Part shown: piece by piece, positions 58,623 to 64,000 of the stretch
Layout: every line of letters begins with the position of its first letter
How positions within the stretch are numbered: position 1 is the first letter of the stretch
Assembly (NCBI GenBank): GCA_963702095.1
Contig: OY969706.1
Location: 1,632,001-1,696,000, forward strand
Reading direction: 5' to 3'
From: Candidatus Bathyarchaeota archaeon
Lineage (GTDB): Archaea; Thermoproteota; Bathyarchaeia; Bathyarchaeales; Bathycorpusculaceae
DNA length: 64,000 nt
The notes under the pieces: generated by a model
The model's database searches: none
Told to the model about the DNA's origin: nothing
The model's input: only the letters and a program-made list of their open reading frames with translations
Translations under genes and position numbers: made by a program

Positions 58623-60432
58623 CTTTCTCAGCCTCCACTGCAGCCTCTATTTCTATGTGGGATGACTTGATTTTCTGCAGGATTTCTTGGGGTTGTGCAT
58701 AGTATTCGGCGATTATAGTGGCGACTTCTCTGTAGCTGCGTATGTTGCTCTTTCTCATCCAGCGTAAAACGTCACTTCGCCGTTTCATCTCGGATAGAAG
58801 CTGGTTTCGAGTTAAGCCGAGGCGTTCAGAAATGCTTGTAAACAGGAAACTGGAGTCTAAGTCGATTTCTTGCTGGTCTTTTACTGGATCCCATTTGAAG
58901 GGGTTAACGTATTTCTCGTAGTCGACGATTTCGTTGACTGAGAGTACACGTCGGAAAGCTCGTTTCTGCCCGTTCTTAACTAGGTGCACACGCTGAACCG
59001 ACATAACTATGTTCATGAGTGGAATGTAGGCGGGTGAGATGTCCATGGGTTTCTGGGTTAAACGTTTAACGGCTGACTGCACATTCTCAGCGTGCATTGT
59101 ACACATGCCGCCGTGGCCAGTTGCCAAAGCCTGAAAGAGTACATAGGCTTCTTGACCTCGGACTTCGCCTACAATCATGAGGTCTGGTCTGTGCCGCATA
59201 CAAGTTTTAACCAAGTCGAAGAGGGCAACTTCACCGATGTTACTGCCGCCCAACCCGTAGCTTTGGCGTGCGATAAGTGAAACCCAGTTTTCATGGGACA
59301 GGTTAAGTTCAGCGGTTTCTTCGATGGTCATGATTTTGCTGCCAGGCTTAATAAGGCAACCCAAAGCGTTGAGAGCGGTGGTTTTGCCTGCCGCTGTGCC
59401 GCCCAGCACCATAACGGAGGCGCGGTTTTCAAGGCATATCCAGAGGTAAGCCGCCATCTCCTCGGTGAAGGTGCCAATGTTGATTAAATCGATTATCGAG
59501 TAAGGATCATCTCGGAACTTTCTGATAGTGAACGCAGTGCCAAAAGGCGTGATTTCGCGACGGTAGGCAACGGCGAGACGGTGTTTTCCAGGCAGTGAAG
59601 CATCAACGATAGGGAAGGCGCTGCTGACGTGTTTGCCCGCCATGTGCACCAGTTTCACCACCAAGTTATCGAGGTCCTCGTCAGATTCAAACTGCAGGTT
59701 AGTTTCGATGCTTTCAAATGTGCGGTGCCAAATGTAGACGGGTTTGTTGACTCCGTCACAGGAAATGTCTTCTATGTTTGGGTCGTGCATTATCGGATCG
59801 ATTTTGCCGAATCCGACTAGGTCGCGTTCGGCGTGGTAGAGAATCTTGTACCAGGAAACGTCAGGCAACCAGCCTAAGCTGATGCGGTATTTATCAACGA
59901 TTTTTCTGGCTTCATTAGCAAAGAATTCTCGCGGATCCGCTAGTTCCTCCTTTGGCGATTGGATTTCGGCGAGGAGGATTTCGAGGATGCGATTGTAGAT
60001 GCCGCGTTCGAGGGGATCAAGCTGTAGTTCGTCTAAGATATATTTGTGTTCGCCTGTTTTTGGGTCTTGGACGATGGCAACTTGGCTGAAAGGTTCAAAG
60101 AGGGGGTATTTTTCTACTACTTTGACATCTTTTGGCAGGGCTCTAGCTGTGTTTGGAAGTTGGGGTGTTTCCTCTTGAGACGCCTCTTTTTTGCCACCAA
60201 GCGAGATTTTGGGTAACTTTAGATTCTTGAATTTTTCGTGGATGTTTGCGATTGAGATATGTATGCGTGGTTTTATGGCTGCGATTTTCTGTTTTTTGGT
60301 TTCAAGGTTGTGTTTGATGTTGTCGCTGGTGTGGTGTAGATTTTGGTTCGCTTTTTCGATTGCCTGAGTGATTTTTTGTTTCAGGCTTGGTTTTTTTTGT
60401 GATTGGGACATTGTATTGTTGTTGGGCACCAA
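58606..60432 (-). CDS. Type II/IV secretion ATPase (VirB11/FlaI/TadA-like)
   Basis: DPNIEDISCDG, FTIRKF, GGTAAGKTT, RHRPD...GEVRG and TGHGGMCTMHA motifs. Confidence 0.93.
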   Translation of the reverse strand: MVPNNNTMSQSQKKPSLKQKITQAIEKANQNLHHTSDNIKHNLETKKQKIAAIKPRIHISIANIHEKFKNLKLPKISLGGKKEASQEETPQLPNTARALPKDVKVVEKYPLFEPFSQVAIVQDPKTGEHKYILDELQLDPLERGIYNRILEILLAEIQSPKEELADPREFFANEARKIVDKYRISLGWLPDVSWYKILYHAERDLVGFGKIDPIMHDPNIEDISCDGVNKPVYIWHRTFESIETNLQFESDEDLDNLVVKLVHMAGKHVSSAFPIVDASLPGKHRLAVAYRREITPFGTAFTIRKFRDDPYSIIDLINIGTFTEEMAAYLWICLENRASVMVLGGTAAGKTTALNALGCLIKPGSKIMTIEETAELNLSHENWVSLIARQSYGLGGSNIGEVALFDLVKTCMRHRPDLMIVGEVRGQEAYVLFQALATGHGGMCTMHAENVQSAVKRLTQKPMDISPAYIPLMNIVMSVQRVHLVKNGQKRAFRRVLSVNEIVDYEKYVNPFKWDPVKDQQEIDLDSSFLFTSISERLGLTRNQLLSEMKRRSDVLRWMRKSNIRSYREVATIIAEYYAQPQEILQKIKSSHIEIEAAVEAEKVAVTK

Positions 60433-60580
60433 GTCCTATTAAGTATTATGTCTCACTAAATATTATTGTAAATATGTTCTACAAAGCAACACAACTCTTG
60501 AGGTAAAATCGGTTGGGTTCACCAAACGATTTTTAAACTTGGCAGTATCCACTACATTGCCGCATGGTAGCTGGGACGAT

Positions 60581-61279
60581 ATGTTGGGTCAAACTGTATG
60601 TATTATTGATCAAGTCAGGATGGAGGGCAGAAGGATGCTTCTTGAACCGGAGGCTAAAGCCGTTTGTGCCCAGTACGGTATTTCTGTGAACAGGTTTAGT
60701 GTAGTAACCAGCGGGGCGGAGGCTGTTTTGCAGGCAGAACAAATTGGCTATCCCATTGTTCTTAAAATCGTGTCGCCTGATATTATCCATAAATCTGATG
60801 CTGGCGGAGTAAAAGTTAACCTTAAAACCGCAGCGGAAGTGGAGGCAGCCTACGGAACCATAATTGCAAACGCCAAGAAGTACAGGTCGGACGCAAAAAT
60901 CGTCGGTGTCTTGGTGCAGGAGATGGCGCCGCAGGGTGTGGAAGTCATCGTTGGCGCAGTCAAAGACCCCCAGTTCGGCCAAACCGTCATGTTCGGTTTA
61001 GGCGGCATATTCGTCGAGTTGCTCAAAGACGTCAGTTTCCGAGTTGCACCCCTCACCAGCGACGACGCAAAAGAAATGATCACCCAACTCAAAGCCTACC
61101 CCCTGCTAAACGGCTACCGCGGCACCCAACCCGCCGACATACAAGCCCTCCAAACAATCATCCTAAACGTCTCCAAACTCGTCATGGACCACCCGGAAAT
61201 CAAAGAACTAGACCTCAACCCAGTCATGGCATACCCAGTGGGCGCAAAGACAGTCGACGCAAGAATCATCCTCGAATAA
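60581..61279 (+). CDS. acdB: Acetate--CoA ligase (ADP-forming) beta subunit, ATP-grasp
   Basis: GYPIVLKIVSPDIIHKSDAGGV, DPQFG, FGLGGIFVE, ELDLNP and VDARI motifs. Confidence 0.9.
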   Translation: MLGQTVCIIDQVRMEGRRMLLEPEAKAVCAQYGISVNRFSVVTSGAEAVLQAEQIGYPIVLKIVSPDIIHKSDAGGVKVNLKTAAEVEAAYGTIIANAKKYRSDAKIVGVLVQEMAPQGVEVIVGAVKDPQFGQTVMFGLGGIFVELLKDVSFRVAPLTSDDAKEMITQLKAYPLLNGYRGTQPADIQALQTIILNVSKLVMDHPEIKELDLNPVMAYPVGAKTVDARIILE

Positions 61280-61313
61280 TTTTTTTCTCAACAGTCGCCG
61301 CCCTAATTAGGGC
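61280..61313 (+). terminator. Candidate terminator region: T-tract followed by 14-bp palindrome
   Basis: ttttttt immediately after the acdB stop, then gccctaattagggc (61300-61313). Confidence 0.4.
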
Positions 61314-61317
61314 AGAA

Positions 61318-61505
61318 TGTTTTTTCTTTCTTTATGTGGGTGTAGCGGTTTACAGGGTGCCACAAGATTGGATTTGAGTGCGTTTGCTTTTTGTGGAAGC
61401 ATTGTGTTTTGGCGTCTGTTTCGGTGGGGGATATGCGTTTTCTTCCACATGCCCTGCATGGCTCTATGCAAAGGCGGTCGCGGTGTGGATGTGGAAGCAT
61501 GTATG
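61318..61505 (+). repeat. Dispersed intergenic repeat family 1, copy D
   Basis: ctttatgtgggtgt..cggtttac.ggg..ccacaaga matches copy B. ttttggcgtctgtttcggtg matches copy C. tgcatggctc.atgca matches copy A. Confidence 0.8.
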
Positions 61506-61708
61506 TTTTGTTTTTCCCAAAACAATCGTCAAGCAACGATGACAGCAATAAATCGGCTTCTATCCTGTCACAGAACAGGCTCACCGCCCATTAACCCACA
61601 CAAAACCTGACAAGCCACATTTTTTATCTACCGCGAAGTTGGGGCAACTCGAGTTGAAGGCAAAAGCACCTGAAGATATGGCCCATTCCGTAATTGATTT
61701 AACCTTCC

Positions 61709-63142
61709 ATGACAACCCCTTGTATGTGGGTGTCGTGTTTGAATAAATCTGCATACATAATAATCATACTTTTAATGGCTCTTGCTATTGGGCTGCCATT
61801 TTTTAACGGGGTATCTGCAACCACCTACGTAGGCGACATACCAAACGGGGAAGCAATCTGGACTGCCGAAAACAGTCCATACGCCCTAACAAACAACCTC
61901 GTGATCGGCAGCGGCGAAACCCTAAACATCGAACCAGGCGTAGTTGTGCACCTTAACGGTTACCAAATTCAAGTCTACGGTTACCTCAATACCCAAGGGT
62001 CAAGCAATAACAAAATCTATTTCTTCAGCGATGGCTTCTCAAATTCCCAGATAATCTTCAAATCCCAAAGCGACCAAACCTGCACGGTGGATTACGGCGT
62101 CTTTTACTCGGTTCCCATAACCATAGAAGGTGGGGCACCGACATTGGCAAATAGCTATTTCACCGGCACCTCCAATGGCGCAGTGATAACGATAAATTCG
62201 GGCGCTGCTACAATTACAGGTAACGTTATTTCAACGCAGAATGCACAGGATGGCATTCACATTAACTCAGGGTTAGTGACGATTAGTGGAAATACCATTT
62301 CGGGTCCACGAGCGCAACAAGGCTGCGGAATCTACAACACAGGGAGCACAGCACCCATAACTGCCAACAAAATCACTAACTTTTACTCAGGCATCTACAC
62401 AACTGAGCCGGTGACGATCCAGCAAAACGTCATCATGAACAATGTTAACGATGGAGTAGTCACCGAGAACACCGCCGATGCTACAATCAGCAACAACGCT
62501 ATTGCATACAACAATGTTGGGATTAGCCGAGATGCAAACATCCAAAACAACACTATCTCACATAACACCTATGGCTTGTGGGGTCAAACAAGTGTCTCCA
62601 CAATACGTTACAACAATATCTTGGATAGTACCAGCGAAAACGTGCATTTGACTGATGCCGGCGCAAACGTGGACGCCGCTTACAACTGGTGGGGAACGAC
62701 TAACGAAACAAGTATCAGGCTGACAATATCAGACTATAGATTTGACCCCGACCTAGGCAACTTAACTTTTAAGCCGTTTCTAACCCAATCTGCCAATGCA
62801 CCTGCGGTTCCAGCATCGATTGTTGTTCCAACACCGCCTCCAACACCCACAGCATCAACAGCGCCTAGCCCCACTGAAACCACAAACTCAACAGCCACAC
62901 CCACCCCGACAACCATAATCGTAACGCCCACTTACACGCCTTACCCATACCAAACAACGCCTTGGCCCACCCAGACAACTCAGCCCATCCAACCCACAGG
63001 TGAGTCGGGACTCGGCGGTTTCAGCTTAAACGACATAACGACTGCAGCAGTGATAGTGGCTGCTGTCTGTTTAGCAGTAACGATTGTTGTGGTTTTGAAT
63101 CGGCGGTTCGGGCAAGCGGATAGACAGCAAGTGAAACCATGA
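61709..63142 (+). CDS. Surface protein with right-handed parallel beta-helix (NosD/pectin-lyase-like), PT-rich linker and C-terminal TM
   Basis: W...NSPY..TNNL, repeated I..N.I..N..GI, DA.YNWWGT, and a PTPT linker. Confidence 0.75.
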   Translation: MTTPCMWVSCLNKSAYIIIILLMALAIGLPFFNGVSATTYVGDIPNGEAIWTAENSPYALTNNLVIGSGETLNIEPGVVVHLNGYQIQVYGYLNTQGSSNNKIYFFSDGFSNSQIIFKSQSDQTCTVDYGVFYSVPITIEGGAPTLANSYFTGTSNGAVITINSGAATITGNVISTQNAQDGIHINSGLVTISGNTISGPRAQQGCGIYNTGSTAPITANKITNFYSGIYTTEPVTIQQNVIMNNVNDGVVTENTADATISNNAIAYNNVGISRDANIQNNTISHNTYGLWGQTSVSTIRYNNILDSTSENVHLTDAGANVDAAYNWWGTTNETSIRLTISDYRFDPDLGNLTFKPFLTQSANAPAVPASIVVPTPPPTPTASTAPSPTETTNSTATPTPTTIIVTPTYTPYPYQTTPWPTQTTQPIQPTGESGLGGFSLNDITTAAVIVAAVCLAVTIVVVLNRRFGQADRQQVKP

Positions 63143-63193
63143 TTTAGACGCTAACATTTTTTATAAGCGAGGCACGCTTCAACTGTAGGTTTC

Positions 63194-64000
63194 ATGTCCT
63201 TGAGCATCTTTGAAATAAAAGAAAAAGACCTGCTCGGCAGAGTGGGCAAACTAAAAACCAAATCCGCCACAGTGGAGACTCCGCTGCTTTTCCCCGTCAT
63301 CAACCCAAGCATCCAGCCTATCCCACCTAAACGGCTCAAAGAAACGTTTGGCTGCCAAGCCATCATCACCAACAGCTACATCATAAAAAAACGGTACGGC
63401 AACAAACCCATCGAAATGGGCGGCTTGCATAGGTTCCTCGACTACCACGGCGCAGTCATGACGGACAGCGGCGCCTACCAAATCCTCGTCTACGGCGAAG
63501 TCGAGGTCTCACAGAAAGAGATTGTTGCCTACCAAGAGGGCATCGGCAGCGACATCGCAACCATCCTCGACATCCCCACAGGCTGGAAAGTTACCAAAGA
63601 ACAAGCTGAACTCACCGTAGCAGAAACCCTGCGGCGAGCAAAAGACTTCTTTAACCTTAAAACCCGAGACGACATCCTCTGGGTTGGACCCGTGCAGGGC
63701 GGACGCCACCTGGATCTAGTCGCATCCTCCGCAGCCGAAATGGGCAAACTGCCCTTCCCAATCCACGCGTTAGGCAGCCCAACCGAAGTTATGGAAAACT
63801 ACCGCTATGACGTCTTGGCAGACATGATTTTAACCTGCAAAAAAGGCATCCCCATCGAGCGACCCCTACACCTCTTCGGCGCAGACCCATCCATGTTCGC
63901 GCTCGCCGTTTCCTTGGGCTGCGACCTATTCGACTCCGCCGCTTATGCACTTTATGCCCGCGAAGGACGCTACATGACTGAGAACGGTACATGGCGGCTT
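63194..64000 (+). CDS. tgtA: Archaeosine tRNA-guanine(15) transglycosylase (3' truncated by window edge)
   Basis: My translation from ATG 63194 gives MSLSIFEIKEKDLLGRVGKL..VETP..FPVINP, ITNSY, MTDSGAYQ, LDIPT, PVQGG and GCDLFDSAAYA. Confidence 0.92.
   Translation, partial: MSLSIFEIKEKDLLGRVGKLKTKSATVETPLLFPVINPSIQPIPPKRLKETFGCQAIITNSYIIKKRYGNKPIEMGGLHRFLDYHGAVMTDSGAYQILVYGEVEVSQKEIVAYQEGIGSDIATILDIPTGWKVTKEQAELTVAETLRRAKDFFNLKTRDDILWVGPVQGGRHLDLVASSAAEMGKLPFPIHALGSPTEVMENYRYDVLADMILTCKKGIPIERPLHLFGADPSMFALAVSLGCDLFDSAAYALYAREGRYMTENGTWRL

Noticed and set aside
1291-63992. Numerous short antisense or alternate-frame ORFs in the ORF track
   Set aside because: They are shadows of well-supported genes, with no motifs or ribosome-binding signals.
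1-64000. CRISPR array, rRNA, tRNA, transposase
   Set aside because: No regularly spaced repeat-spacer pattern, cloverleaf or transposase motifs were seen by eye. An intron-containing tRNA could have been missed without tRNAscan-SE.

Overview
This is a gene-dense archaeal chromosomal segment. The gene repertoire (DUF5752-like protein, TrmB, SmAP3-type Lsm, PAC2, archaeosine TGT, archaeal pilins) points to Bathyarchaeia or a related TACK lineage, which is an inference. Main content: (1) Two paralogous, partly syntenic archaeal type IV pilus loci at 3.3-11.4 kb and 48.5-60.4 kb, with a single prepilin peptidase. (2) A redox/chalcogen block: ModE-like regulator, NfnAB/SudAB, AbrB-PhoU, and a divergently LysR-controlled DsrE-TusA-double-cubane-type protein-SelD run, with no selenocysteine codon or Sec machinery visible. 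(3) A TumA/TumE-like toxin-antitoxin pair bracketed by two copies of a dispersed 150-200 bp intergenic repeat. Four copies of this repeat are present, and a second, shorter repeat family has three. (4) A Pycsar/AGS-C-like class III nucleotide cyclase with substituted catalytic residues, lying between a coiled-coil gene and a winged-helix gene. (5) Housekeeping genes (ileS, class II HMG-CoA reductase, glmM, glmU, acdB, tgtA) and several surface proteins. Five genes, including ileS, are split by apparent single-base insertions, most likely sequencing errors. No rRNA, tRNA, CRISPR array or transposase was recognised. All family calls come from motif recognition by eye; no database searches were run.
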